From assembly GCF_000981445.1 (NCBI RefSeq), contig NC_027217.1:806001-870000 (forward strand): a DNA stretch of 64,000 bases. The letters run 5' to 3'. Below the pieces are notes generated by a model. That model did no database searches. It saw only the letters and a program-made list of their open reading frames with translations, and had not been told where the DNA came from. The DNA comes from Babesia bigemina. Lineage: Eukaryota. Positions 32,880 through 43,927 of the stretch are shown here, piece by piece (position 1 is the first letter of the stretch; each line of letters opens with the position of its first letter). Made by a program: the position numbers and the translations under genes.

Positions 32880-34503
32880 TCACATCTTTGGGGGAATCTC
32901 CGGTATCTTCCCCTCCTGAACGGGCATTAAAATGTAACTTTAGCGGCCTACTTGGAATGCTCTGGCTGAGTATGCCGTTTTCATCCATGGCTCCAGTTTA
33001 GCGTTACAAGGGCGTGTTAGAGGTTCAATTTGTAGCGCCACGGGCTTGTTACCAAATCCACCACTTGTGTTGGTGCCGAAGAGTGTTATATTCGCGGGCG
33101 TACAGCTGGGATTTCCTAATGATGGTTTATTAAACCCGCTGAATGCTGATTGGTTCGTGGTCGTGGGCTCTGCTGGCGCCAGCCCGGCGCTTCCAGCCGC
33201 GGTAGCTTGACCGAACCCCGGTGAAGCACCGTTGGATTGCGTAGTAGGCTGACCAAACGTGGTAACGGCCTCCGCGTTCTTCCCGAAACCATTAGATGTA
33301 AACGACCCCGTGTTGAATGGTTGCGGCTGGGAGAGGCCGCTGGAACCAAATGCGCTACCCGTTTGCGATTGTTGTTGACAGAATCCGGCAGATGACAAAC
33401 TGTTAGCGTTCTTGTTCTGCCCAAATCCGTTAGAGGTGAAAGCCCCTGTGTTGAACTGCTGCGCACCCTGTCCGAACGTCCCGAAGCCTGTTGAGCTTTG
33501 GCTTCCGAATCCGCCGGAAGCAAAGCCGCCAGGTGTTCCCATTGCATTAGCGCTACTCCCGAAAGCTGGCGTTGATGCGGCCGGCAGTTGCCCAAACGCA
33601 GGGGTAGTGGTGGGTGCTTGTGCTGTCTGTCCAAAACCGGTTGTAGTCGGTGCTTGTGCTGTCTGTCCAAAACCGGTTGTAGTCGGTGCTTGTGCTGTCT
33701 GTCCAAAACCGGTTGTAGTCGGTGCCTGTGCTGTCTGTCCAAAACCGGTGGTAGTGGATGGTTGCGTTGCTTGTCCAAAACCGGTGGTAGTGAACGCACC
33801 AGTACCTCCATTTTGGGAGCTTCCGAAGCCCGAGGCACTGCCTCCAAACGCTCCTACCTGCGAATTTGACGTTTGCCCGAAGCCACCCGAGGTGAACGTG
33901 TTGCCCGAGCTTTGGGGTTGTCCGAAGTTGTTCGAAACAAACGGCCCGGTGTTAAACTGTGGCATTCCCGAGCTGGATGATCCGAATCCGCTGCTGCTTT
34001 GAGCGCCTAATGTATTCGCCGCGAAGGGGCTGCTCGCATTGTTAGTGGACGAGCCGAATCCGGAAGAGGTGAATCCCGTAACGTTGCTCTGCTGCCCGAA
34101 GCCATTGCTCGTGAAACCGCCGCCAGTTGAGAGGCCGGTATTGCCGAAGGCCGAGCCAATATTAGTGGAACCGAAGCTTGTATTCATGACGTTGGCTCCT
34201 GAGCCGAATCCGGCGGCCGCCGAATTAGCGGAGCCGAAGGCCGCTTGAGGCAGCATTGCCGACGTCGCTCCGAAACCGCCGGAGCTCATCATACCCGTTG
34301 CAGGAGCTCCTCCTGAAATTACCGGTAAAATAACGGCGCCATATATACAAACCGAAGGGCATTTGTGACGAACCGGCGGCTACGTTCGCTCCAACGCCGG
34401 AGCCGGCCCCGAAAATTCCTGCAGCCGCAGTTGGCGCAGGCTGGCCTCCCCCGAAGCTTCCAATCGGAGGTTGAGCCGCCTGCTGATTGCCGAAGAATGC
34501 CAT
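32880..34503 (-). CDS. FG-repeat nucleoporin, Nup42/NUPL2-like
   Basis: Dense GFG/AFG repeats. The spliced C-terminus AYSARAFQ|EGKIPEIPPKM resembles the Nup42/hCG1 Gle1-binding tail (F..GKIP..PP). Confidence 0.78.
33613..33792. repeat. 36-bp coding tandem repeat (TTTGFGQTAQAP), four copies plus one degenerate copy
   Basis: Unit ggtgcttgtgctgtctgtccaaaaccggttgtagtc at 33613, 33649, 33685, 33721 (variant) and 33757 (degenerate). Confidence 0.95.
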
Positions 34504-34582
34504 CTACATATGTAGTGAAAGGCGCTGCCAGCGGAGCCGACTCGCGCACGCTAACCGCAAGACATGTGTGTATAGCGAAACA

Positions 34583-35911
34583 TTAGATAAGTGCGCCGTC
34601 CATGTTGACCTTCGTGGCCTTGCTTGGAGTCTTACGGCGAGCTTCTATGACCCGGAACATCTGGGTGAGCTTGGAGTTGATGCGCTCCTGGTTGACAATG
34701 ATGCTGCCCATCTGGTTCTTGTGTTGCGAGAACTTCTGCAACTGCTTGCGATCTTTGTCGTCGCCCTCGATCGACAAAACAGACGACTTCATGGGCATGG
34801 AGTAGTCCTGCTGCATCTCCGCATAGTTCGACGCGAGGCCGAGCATCGGCCGGACCCACTTCTGCACGATGGCCCTGATGAGCACCCTGTTCGAGTCGCA
34901 CTCATCCGGGTGCTTCCACAGCGCCACCACATTCCTCCCCAAGTCGTTGTCCCTTAGGTCAGTCGACTGGAAGGGCAGCTGCAATGCGATTTGCAGGACC
35001 TTGGTCCTGACGCTGAGGGTGGGCAGGGATCCGTCCGGCAGGGGCGCGATCCAGCTGGCCAGCGCTACCGCGCCACCCTCTGCGATGCACCAGTTTCGCC
35101 ATGCGGGTTTGCTGAACTCCGAAATGTCATTGAGCATCTTGAGCTTGTTGAGACCCGTCTTGCCTTGCTGCACCGCCTCAACGTCGGCGGTGGCGGCCGC
35201 AATCATCTTGTCTATCAGCTGCCGACAGTAATGCTGGCACTCCTCGGTGGTGATCTGCACGTTCTTCTTCTTGCGCTCTTTCACGCGCTTCAGCACCTCG
35301 TCGAAATACAGCTTGCCCGCGCTGGGCGCCTTCTTCTTCGGGATCTTGCGCTCCTCCACCTCGTCGTCATCGTAGTAGTCCGCATCCAGGTGGTTCTTGC
35401 TGAAATCGCCAGCAGATGGCACGAAATCGCCATCCTGATCCTCAGATTTCTTTGACGTGCTCTTTTTACGCTGGGTCTTTTTCTTCTTGGGGATTTTTAT
35501 GCTGTCGTCCACCTGCTGTTCCGCCTCCTGGCTCACATTAGCGGACGCTTCACGCGAGGATGAACCGTGTTTCCTGAGACGCCTGTGTTTAGGGGTGGGC
35601 CGTTCTTCGCTTTCGGGCGTGTCAGGCTCTGGCGCCGGCTCCGGTACCGAGGACGTTTGAGACGGGGTCACGTCGACTGGCTCCTCGACCACCTCTTCCT
35701 GGTCGGCGGCAGGCGTCGTCTCATTGTTCGACTGTGAAAGATCGTTGCTAGACGGTGGCAGTTCATTGTTAGTTGGTGATGACTCGTCATCCGAACGATC
35801 GAATTGAGCCTCCTCCTCATCGTCCCCCAAATCGACCAGTTCGGGTGAGCGCGGTCGCTCCGACGGAGTTCGGTCGCCCGGGTCTTGCAACGGTTCAGAA
35901 TCGTCGGCCAT
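34583..35911 (-). CDS. IWS1: IWS1/Spn1 transcription elongation factor
   Basis: Acidic N-terminus and a TFIIS-N-like core: [39 protein letters not shown]. Confidence 0.88.
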   Translation of the reverse strand: MADDSEPLQDPGDRTPSERPRSPELVDLGDDEEEAQFDRSDDESSPTNNELPPSSNDLSQSNNETTPAADQEEVVEEPVDVTPSQTSSVPEPAPEPDTPESEERPTPKHRRLRKHGSSSREASANVSQEAEQQVDDSIKIPKKKKTQRKKSTSKKSEDQDGDFVPSAGDFSKNHLDADYYDDDEVEERKIPKKKAPSAGKLYFDEVLKRVKERKKKNVQITTEECQHYCRQLIDKMIAAATADVEAVQQGKTGLNKLKMLNDISEFSKPAWRNWCIAEGGAVALASWIAPLPDGSLPTLSVRTKVLQIALQLPFQSTDLRDNDLGRNVVALWKHPDECDSNRVLIRAIVQKWVRPMLGLASNYAEMQQDYSMPMKSSVLSIEGDDKDRKQLQKFSQHKNQMGSIIVNQERINSKLTQMFRVIEARRKTPSKATKVNMDGALI

Positions 35912-36041
35912 TTTTACGCTATTATTTGTTGCATCTGCAGTTCCGCAAAAGCATGGCGGGTCTCTGCCTCGGCGCGGGGCTGCCGACGTTTTCAGTGGTG
36001 AGGGTGGTGGACAGGAGCTCGTGGGCAACTACTGTGCTACA

Positions 36042-38702
36042 CTAATTATTTCCGTCTGTCAATTTTAACAGATCTATGTACTGCACACCCAGGATTCCCA
36101 GCGCCTTTCGGCGCTGGACGTCGAAGATGTGCTCCGCAAACCTGTCTCCCCCGCCTACGCCGCTGAGGGTGTGCACGAACAGCAATGCGATATGCGAATC
36201 CTCGTCGCCGAAAAGGCCAACATGACACATGTAGGGGCCGAAGTTGAAGTTACGCCTGACCCTTTTGACCTCGAAGAGGGGGCGGTCAACGTTGCCTGCA
36301 AGCTCCCTGAACGACGTCCTGCTGTTCAGCGGCTTTGCCTCCCCAACCTCTTCCAGGTACCTACACAGCGAATCGCTCTGCTTTGATCCCTGTAGCCAAG
36401 CAGCGACGTCCCACAGTTCCACATGATGCCTTTGCTGACAACACAGTTCGGCCAGCGCAACCTCGGGTAGCAGCTGCAGCAGAAGTCGCGGCGTGTCTTG
36501 CATGAAAAAAAGCTTGGCATGGGCGACGCCGCTGTTTACCGGAACGATTGGTATCTGTGACGAGGCGTTCAGGTATTCCAGAACCTCGCTGACCACTGGG
36601 TCGGTGCTGTCTTTGGGGTGGAAAAGCCGCCCACACGCCCCGGCGTAGAACGACTGCTTCAGTACCTTCATAATAGGCTCATCCGACGCATTTTTAAGCA
36701 TCGAGGCGATAAAGTTGTCGCGTATCAGGCACATGAACATAACGTAACGCACGGCAAGCGCATCTTTCTCGACGTCGGCAGCGGTAGCTCCGAGTGCCTT
36801 ACTCCTCAACCACGCAAAAATCGGGTCGGCATCACACCCGCCAGTCGACTCCGTCATTGCCAGACGTAGTGCCGTCATAGTCGGTATATCGTTACCCGAC
36901 TTAGCTGCACTAGACGGCGAGGCCTCGCACTCTCGCTCGAAGATGTCTAGGATTCCTAGCGCCGCCATATGGAACTTCACGGGTTCCCAGTATTCCTCCG
37001 CCCTGGCGTTGCCGTCGGACATGTCCCTGAGATGTGAAGCCAGGATTAGAATGGCATTTAGCATCCTTCTGTCTGCGATCACTTCCCGTTGAGCGCTCAC
37101 GTTAACAATAAAAAGCAAAAAGTCCTTCATGGCCGGTGTGACGTTGTCCGTACCAACGCCGCATCTGAAGCTGTCAATTTGCCTCATCATAGGCTCATAT
37201 CCGAGCTTTGTGAGCCTGTAAAGGGCGCCGTAATGCCACAGCTTCAGATTATCTAATGGAGCTTGTCCATCCTTGCCGAAGAGCGGCTTCACAAAATCGC
37301 CGTAATCGTCCGTCTTAACCATGTTGTTCCACGTGTTTTGCAAACTGGTTAACTGCTGGCCCGTAAGGTCGCAGGTCGACGAATCCATGTAAAGTTTGAT
37401 GTATTGCAGGTTGCCCACCAAGGAGAAAGGTCCTAGCAGATGCAGGTTGGCGTTCAGGTCGGCGAGGCACTTGCTGATGAAACAATGGTCCAAGCCGCGT
37501 AAGAATGTCATGAAGGTGAACAGCAACTTCGCGGTCAGGCTGGGCACGTAAGCAGCCTCGGTCTTGTACAGTGTCTCCTTGAAGTCAAAGAGTGCCCCGA
37601 CGAGCTGGTCCACTACGGCCGAAGGAAGGCTAGGCGCAACCAGAGCGAAGTTGTAAAACACATGAGCTGCTTGCACATGCGTGAAATTGTGCATAGAGCT
37701 CGATAGCCTTCGCGCAATGTGCTCCGTGATGCCCATCTCCGAACAGAGCGGCATCGCTGCGGAAACCGCCAGCATCGTTTTGGGGCTCAGATGGCTGACC
37801 GCATGGGGCTGCTCAGTGAGCACCCTTAGCACAGTGAGGACCGCACGGTGCTGTCTACCTGTGTGTGACATCCTAACGATGTTAGCGTTCAGGATCCGGT
37901 GGACGGTGTCATCCATCAACGACGTCGCGTCGAAATCCGGCTTCGACAGCGCGGTGGCAACTACGTTGTTCATGTAATCAAATGCGCTCATCTCGAACTC
38001 CCTCAGGTGCGTGAGACTCCACAGAACGTGCGAAGCCTTGTCGACGTTCCACCCCTCGGCGGCCAGTATGGCCAGGTTAAGCTTCTGCCTCACCTCGGCG
38101 ATATCCCTGCACCGCCACTTGCTCAGTGCGGCGCATATCTTGGCCGCGTGCTGCGCGTTCGGGAATTCGTCGTTGAGGAAGCAGCTCCGCAGCGCCGTTT
38201 TCGCCAAACGGTGCCAATGGTGCTGTCTAGAGTGGTGCCATCCCGCAAGTGACCGCTGCAGCACGATGATGCGATTATCGACACTGTAGGATAGTAGTCG
38301 ATCGGCCATGCGCTCGCAGAGCCATTCGCTCTGGGTCTTCTCGAACTGGCCTTCTGACGGTTGATCTGATGCAAGCAGTTTGCCCTTCTTCGCCAGGGCG
38401 GTGGCGGCGAAGATGACTGCATTCGTCTCTCTGAGAAACAAGTAAAACAACGATTTCTCGTCATTTTCTAGCACTATTCCACGTTCCTTAGACGGAGGTT
38501 GAGCCGTGGAAATCGACGAAGGCGCCACTTCAGAGCTTTCATGCTGTGTCTTTTTAGCCCTGGATTGTAAGATGGCGTCGATGGCCTCAAAATCGAAAGG
38601 CGGCGGCTCGTACGCTCCAGCGGCAAGTTCTGCGTTGGCTGGGATGACGTTGCGGGCATGGGTGCTCAGTGCCCGCCATCGTAGGAGCCGACGGCAGAAC
38701 AT
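36042..38702 (-). CDS. Helical-repeat protein with RAP-like C-terminus, probably mitochondrial
   Basis: Arg-rich presequence MFCRRLLRWRALSTHAR, a helical body, and a C-terminal GPYMCHV..IALLF..RRKALGILGVQYIDL resembling a degenerate RAP domain. Confidence 0.6.
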   Translation of the reverse strand: MFCRRLLRWRALSTHARNVIPANAELAAGAYEPPPFDFEAIDAILQSRAKKTQHESSEVAPSSISTAQPPSKERGIVLENDEKSLFYLFLRETNAVIFAATALAKKGKLLASDQPSEGQFEKTQSEWLCERMADRLLSYSVDNRIIVLQRSLAGWHHSRQHHWHRLAKTALRSCFLNDEFPNAQHAAKICAALSKWRCRDIAEVRQKLNLAILAAEGWNVDKASHVLWSLTHLREFEMSAFDYMNNVVATALSKPDFDATSLMDDTVHRILNANIVRMSHTGRQHRAVLTVLRVLTEQPHAVSHLSPKTMLAVSAAMPLCSEMGITEHIARRLSSSMHNFTHVQAAHVFYNFALVAPSLPSAVVDQLVGALFDFKETLYKTEAAYVPSLTAKLLFTFMTFLRGLDHCFISKCLADLNANLHLLGPFSLVGNLQYIKLYMDSSTCDLTGQQLTSLQNTWNNMVKTDDYGDFVKPLFGKDGQAPLDNLKLWHYGALYRLTKLGYEPMMRQIDSFRCGVGTDNVTPAMKDFLLFIVNVSAQREVIADRRMLNAILILASHLRDMSDGNARAEEYWEPVKFHMAALGILDIFERECEASPSSAAKSGNDIPTMTALRLAMTESTGGCDADPIFAWLRSKALGATAADVEKDALAVRYVMFMCLIRDNFIASMLKNASDEPIMKVLKQSFYAGACGRLFHPKDSTDPVVSEVLEYLNASSQIPIVPVNSGVAHAKLFFMQDTPRLLLQLLPEVALAELCCQQRHHVELWDVAAWLQGSKQSDSLCRYLEEVGEAKPLNSRTSFRELAGNVDRPLFEVKRVRRNFNFGPYMCHVGLFGDEDSHIALLFVHTLSGVGGGDRFAEHIFDVQRRKALGILGVQYIDLLKLTDGNN

Positions 38703-38967
38703 GCCGCGGCTTTAGCTAAGGTGATGTGCAGCCGTCTTTACACCATGGTAGTGCGAGCGGTACCACGACGGGGCATCAAAATCGGCGCAACACACGCATA
38801 TCGATCGTATGTATAAGATTCCAGCGAGATCGAAGCCAGCAAGCGTCGCGTGGTATGGTTTTGTGACTGCGGGACTTGCGCTTCCCCACCCATTGCCGGC
38901 TGCTCGTCAGTAGACTTGTTCTTTCGCACACATATGGCGGGAGATGGAGGTACATTTTAAAACTAGG

Positions 38968-41717
38968 ATGGATGACTCCGGCGTGAAGCCATACATGCGG
39001 GTACGTTTAAGCCTATATCGATGTGTACACTGTTGCGTAGGCCGAGTCCAGCGATACCGGAAAAGAGACGGCGACATCTCAGGCAAGTGACACTGTTGAG
39101 GAGGAGAAAGTGAGACCTGTTACCCCGATCGGTAGGTTGCGCCTCTGCGAGCTTTCCTCATCCGCGCTCAGAGTACGATGAGTCGGATGATCCACTGTTG
39201 AATACCAACTGGTGCCGTCCCTTGGAATGGTTAGCGCACGAGTTCCTTCACGACAGTACGGCACTATGGATCTTCGCCGTGCACGTATCCGTGTTCTTCA
39301 TCGCCATCTGCTTCGGTCCATGTAAGTTCCTCCCCTTTCGCGTTAATGACCGTCAGTGACCCTGCCGCTGCGTGCGAAGTTCTCCAGCAGTATGGAATCT
39401 TTTCTGTCGGAGAGCATGGTTGTGGATTCGGTAATGGACTGGTTGCGCCTCTCAACGTTTTGCAGGTCGAGGCCGTGGACATGCTCAACGACAACTTATC
39501 GCATTTCCAGACCATCCGCAATGGTCTCTGTTTCCTCTTAACAACGCTGGCTGCGTTCGCCTGCACGTTGGTTGGAGTCATGAGTGTGAGGTGAGCTGAT
39601 AGGGTGTGGTTGCTGCATGCCGTAGGTACGTCGCCATCAAGCTGCTCGTACAACCGCTGTTCTACATTTCGCGCCTTGCGGTTGTGGTGACTTACGCCGT
39701 TGATCCAGCCGCGGCGTATTGTGTCTGGACTATCGTAAACTACACCCTGTTCCGCAAGTACACCGTTCCAGGTATGTGCGATGTGCGTAGCAACTGACGA
39801 ATGCGCAGTGTATGACGGAACCTCCTTGCTGTATTACCGCTTCGAGATTTTCGGCGAAAGTTTCTCGAAACTGCATGAGATTGACCTGCGTTGCTACGCC
39901 TGGGCGAATTCGGCATTCCAGCTGCTAATTCTAATATCGATGAGGAAGCTTGTGCTCAGCTCGTTGCTGTTCCTCTTCGAGGTGAGCTTTTTGCCAAACT
40001 ACAGCGCCGAGTTGCGGGGTTTCCTAGAGGATCAGGCGATGCTGCGAAGGTTCAACGTTGCATGGTGGGTTAAAGGGTCGATTGTTTGCAAATAATGACT
40101 AGGTTGAATTACGTGAACGCTGCGCGCGATTCGGATGACCCCATAGTTATCGAACGCCTGGAGCGTGCTCGCAGAGCCATCGATAAGCTGCCGATGCCTG
40201 AAACGCCGATCATCCATAATCACCAAGTGTATTATGATGCGAAACACTTCACGATCTTCCGCCCGCCAATACACTGCTGGAAGTTCCGAAAGCACAACTG
40301 TGCCGACATGCAGCACAAGGTGAACGAGCTGCCGCAGTTCTACAAGAAACGCTGGATCAAACAGTGTTTGACCAACGTGCTGACGAACTGGAGCGCTTTG
40401 CACTACGTGGTTCACAATCCCTCGGAACTGCTGTTCATGGATTACTACGTTCCACTGGTGTCCAAGAAAACAGTGGAGGAGTACTCGCAGCTACTGTTTG
40501 ATCACATATACGAGACCATGGCAGCGCTTGACCACCCTGATGTCGTGCGGGCATTGTCAGGCCAGCAAAGGCGTTTCCTCGTTGTGAAGCCAGCAGCGTA
40601 CGAAAGCGGCGCCAGCACGTCAACTTTGGACATGCCCATCGACCGTTCCGTTTCAAGGCGTACGCAGCGGTTCGCGGCCGATCCACTAATCGCTAAAGCC
40701 CATACGCGCCACCATTCGATAAGGATGGCCTCCAATGGAGATGATTCTGACGTTGCCTCCGCTGACGAAAGCAGTACCGATTATCATCGCCACAACTCGA
40801 AGTTGCGACGATCCGATACGGACAACGACGACCGTCGTTTCATCACGCCCAAGATGTTTTCGCAGCTAAATCCGTCGGTGGTAGAGGCGTTTTTCGTGGC
40901 GTACGATATAGGAAACTGTGGGTATGTCAGCTCGGAGGTCTTCACGAGGAACGTATTGTATATGTGCTCGCTACGTAAAAGGCTTATGAGCGCGCTCAAG
41001 AATCAGCGGAGCATATTGGGGCTGGTGAGCCGTCTTCTAAGCACTGCGTTGTGGTTCTTGATTTTCGTCGTGTTCTTGATGACCTTCCGGGTGAACAAGA
41101 ATATCGTGCTTCCTTCGGTTATCGGTTTCTTCTCCGCCATGATTGTAGCCCTGAGCTACATGTACACCAGTTTCATTACCGCCATTATATTCGTGGTGCT
41201 GTCCAACCCGTACAATGTCGGCGACCGTATCCGCATCGACAACGGCGAGGCAATGTACGTGAAGTCCATCACCACCTACAATACGGAGTTCCGCTGCGTT
41301 CATGAAAAGGTTATCGCTTACCAGAATTCGGTGCTGAGCACCATGAACATCATCAACGAGACGCGTGCGCGCCATGCGTCAACCGAAATTGTGTTGAAGG
41401 TGGGAGCCTCCACCACGCCAGCAGCCCTGAAGCAGCTGGTTGAGAACGTCAAGAGCTTTGTAAACGGACATCCACGCGAGTTCGTCCGTGACGGCTGTTT
41501 CGTGTACGGGTCTGAGGTCCAAGTTGGACACTATTATATGGTTAAAGTTCTCGTGACCTATCTGGACAACTGGGCTTGCCCCAAATATATTTTCAAGCTG
41601 CAGAACAAGGTGATTATGCAGCTAGTGCAGCAGTGCAACGTGCTAGGAATCACGTACAAGAGGCCTGTAGCTCCAGTGCAGTTCAGCGGAACGCTGAGTT
41701 ATGCCTGTAGATCGTGA
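38968..41717 (+). CDS. MscS-family mechanosensitive channel (paralog 1)
   Basis: TM segments, an EF-hand-like [26 protein letters not shown] and NSVLSTMNIINETR. The 5' exons are approximate. Confidence 0.9.
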
Positions 41718-42577
41718 ACGCTAAATCTTGCGGAATCGGTGAACACTCAACCGTGACTGTAAGAGGGTATGCCTGTGTGATAAACTCGAATAACAGAACT
41801 TTTTAATTTGTAACATAGGGTGTCCATGTATATGGCGATGACCGTGAAGCTAGTGTGTTCGACCTTACGTTTCCGGTTATGTACAACCATTTCGCTAATA
41901 GGTCGCAAACTCTGCCAATAATGGCAGATCACTTATTCAATTTAACCGGGTGACAGCTGTGGAATGGTGTTCCTTACATTGTATACTGCTATGTGAACAT
42001 TTCGTGTTGCACTGTAGGGATTCTTGAATGCTAATAGGCTGTAGATGCATTTGCATATGTGTAAAATATGGAGACATGCCGTCATTTTGCATAAGCTAAT
42101 AGAGCCATTGCATCTGAACATGCAAACATCGAAGTTGTGGAATGTGTGCTTATGTGGGAGGGGGTTAAACCATATAGTGTTATAGCTGTAAGTATATTTT
42201 GGTCAAACAGATACAGTTGTGCCAAGTGGCGTGGCTACCAGAGACTATTGGCACTACGTCACTTATTTACACTCTAATTGGTCAGTTACGGTGCTCAAAA
42301 TTAGTATAACTGCTATCTGAAAGTCAGGAGCGTGGGCCGTGCACTCTAAGCTGCTACTACGCACACAATATCCGCATGTTATGCGAAGATGAATAGATTC
42401 AACACAGTAACAACCAGGCGGCAAATTGCGCTATAAAAGACATAATGTAGAAGTTCGGGATTATGTTCACCATTATTCTACTACAGCAATAATGTATATT
42501 AAAAGTTAATATATTTTTGTGACCATCACCGGATTTTTAAATTACAAATAACCGGTGAGTAGTCGTAAGACTACCAT

Positions 42578-43927
42578 TCACTGCTCAGCGGATTCCTGCT
42601 GTTTCTTCTGTTTTTTCTGACGGGCCTTCTTGGAAACCTTCTTAGCAGCTTTCTTGGCGGCTTTCACAGACCTCGCCACTTTAGCAGCCTTCGCAACCTT
42701 CACAGGCTGTTCAACCTCATCGACTTCAGGCTTCACGGGCTCGGCGGATGGTTCAGCTTCGGGGATCATGGACTGTTCACCCTCACCGTCAACGGATGGT
42801 TCAGCTTCAGGGATCATGGACTGTTCACCCTCACCGTCAACGGATGGTTCAGCTTCGGGGATCATGGACTGTTCACCCTCACCGTCAACGGATGGTTCAG
42901 CTTCGGGGATCATGGACTGTTCACCCTCACCGTCAACGGATGGTTCAGCTTCGGGGATCATGGACTGTTCACCCTCACCGTCAACGGATGGTTCAGCTTC
43001 GGGGATCATGGACTGTTCACCCTCACCGTCAACGGATGGTTCGGCTTCGGGGATCATGGACTGTTCACCCTCACCGTCAACGGATGGTTCAGCTTCGGGG
43101 ATCATGGACTGTTCACCCTCACCGTCAACGGATGGTTCAGCGTCAACATCCGTTGTGCTAGATCCATAGAAAGCCCAGAAGCCAGAGAGATCGTATAATG
43201 TATCCAACATTCTAAAATTAACATTTCCCACCGCCTTTAAAACATATTTCCTGCTCATGTCATCTTGACATCCAGCGCCTTTAAAACCTAAGGCCTCCAA
43301 AATAGTTGGGATTCGACTCTTGCCACATATGAAAGGCGCACTTCTCAGTACTTCATCCTCGCTTGTCTTCAACAAAGAACGTATACCCGTGTATAACATA
43401 GGCGCAATACCGACTAGGACCGCTGCACAATATTCCGGCTTTTTTGAGCATGATGCCTCCCACGTCGCTTCTGAACTGTATGAAGACTCGTACTGGTCAG
43501 GTACCTTGATCTTGTCCAGGAAACGTTCACAACCATCCACAGCTTTACTTAATTGTCCCGCAATGGTATTAGCAGTAAGACCCCTAGTTTTTACGACATT
43601 CTTATAATCGCTTTCCTTGACAGCGTTAAACAACCTTGAAAACCAACTGGGATTTGTATTCACAGGCTTAATGAATCTCTGCAGCATCACTTTGAAGGGC
43701 CACACGTTTTTGACCCCCTCTTGCTCCATGAACGTTTTAGTGACACGCTTGACTTTCTCGAGCGCTGGCACATGCGTGTGTCCGACGGGTTTTTCTGCTA
43801 AAAAATCGTAAAGGGCGGCGCCCATTGCAACCAAGTTCTTTTCAGCATCATCTCCCTTCAAGGCCACCAACCAGTCAATGCCCTCCTTGACGTTGTGAGG
43901 AGCCTCAGTCAACGAGTTGTACACCAT
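42578..43927 (-). CDS. Short ves1 (variant erythrocyte surface antigen)-like protein with acidic tandem repeats
   Basis: N-terminus MVYNSLTEAPHNVKEGIDWLVAL resembles the SLT.AP.NLKE.IDW start of Babesia VESA1-type proteins. Also YESSYSSEATW..C..CA..L..IAPMLY. Lower GC than neighbouring genes. Confidence 0.75.
   Translation of the reverse strand: MVYNSLTEAPHNVKEGIDWLVALKGDDAEKNLVAMGAALYDFLAEKPVGHTHVPALEKVKRVTKTFMEQEGVKNVWPFKVMLQRFIKPVNTNPSWFSRLFNAVKESDYKNVVKTRGLTANTIAGQLSKAVDGCERFLDKIKVPDQYESSYSSEATWEASCSKKPEYCAAVLVGIAPMLYTGIRSLLKTSEDEVLRSAPFICGKSRIPTILEALGFKGAGCQDDMSRKYVLKAVGNVNFRMLDTLYDLSGFWAFYGSSTTDVDAEPSVDGEGEQSMIPEAEPSVDGEGEQSMIPEAEPSVDGEGEQSMIPEAEPSVDGEGEQSMIPEAEPSVDGEGEQSMIPEAEPSVDGEGEQSMIPEAEPSVDGEGEQSMIPEAEPSVDGEGEQSMIPEAEPSAEPVKPEVDEVEQPVKVAKAAKVARSVKAAKKAAKKVSKKARQKKQKKQQESAEQ
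42745..43141. repeat. 48-bp coding tandem repeat (AEPSVDGEGEQSMIPE), eight copies plus a partial copy
   Basis: Unit cggatggttcagcttcggggatcatggactgttcaccctcaccgtcaa from 42745 in 48-nt steps. I see only two single-base variants. Confidence 0.97.

Noticed and set aside
33116..34002. Alternative-frame repeat ORFs (CAVCPKPVVVGA; QPVLDRQHKHRL) suggesting a Cys-rich or dual-coded protein
   Set aside because: They are by-products of the FG-nucleoporin repeat, with no independent support.
42745..43141. Regular 48-bp repeats as a CRISPR array
   Set aside because: The units are contiguous with no unique spacers, in frame within a eukaryotic CDS, and no cas genes are present.
42630..43169. Plus-strand repeat ORFs (GSASGIMDCSPSPSTD; MVQLRGSWTVHPHRQR)
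   Set aside because: They are antisense shadows of the stop-free repeat. The variants are synonymous in the minus-strand frame.
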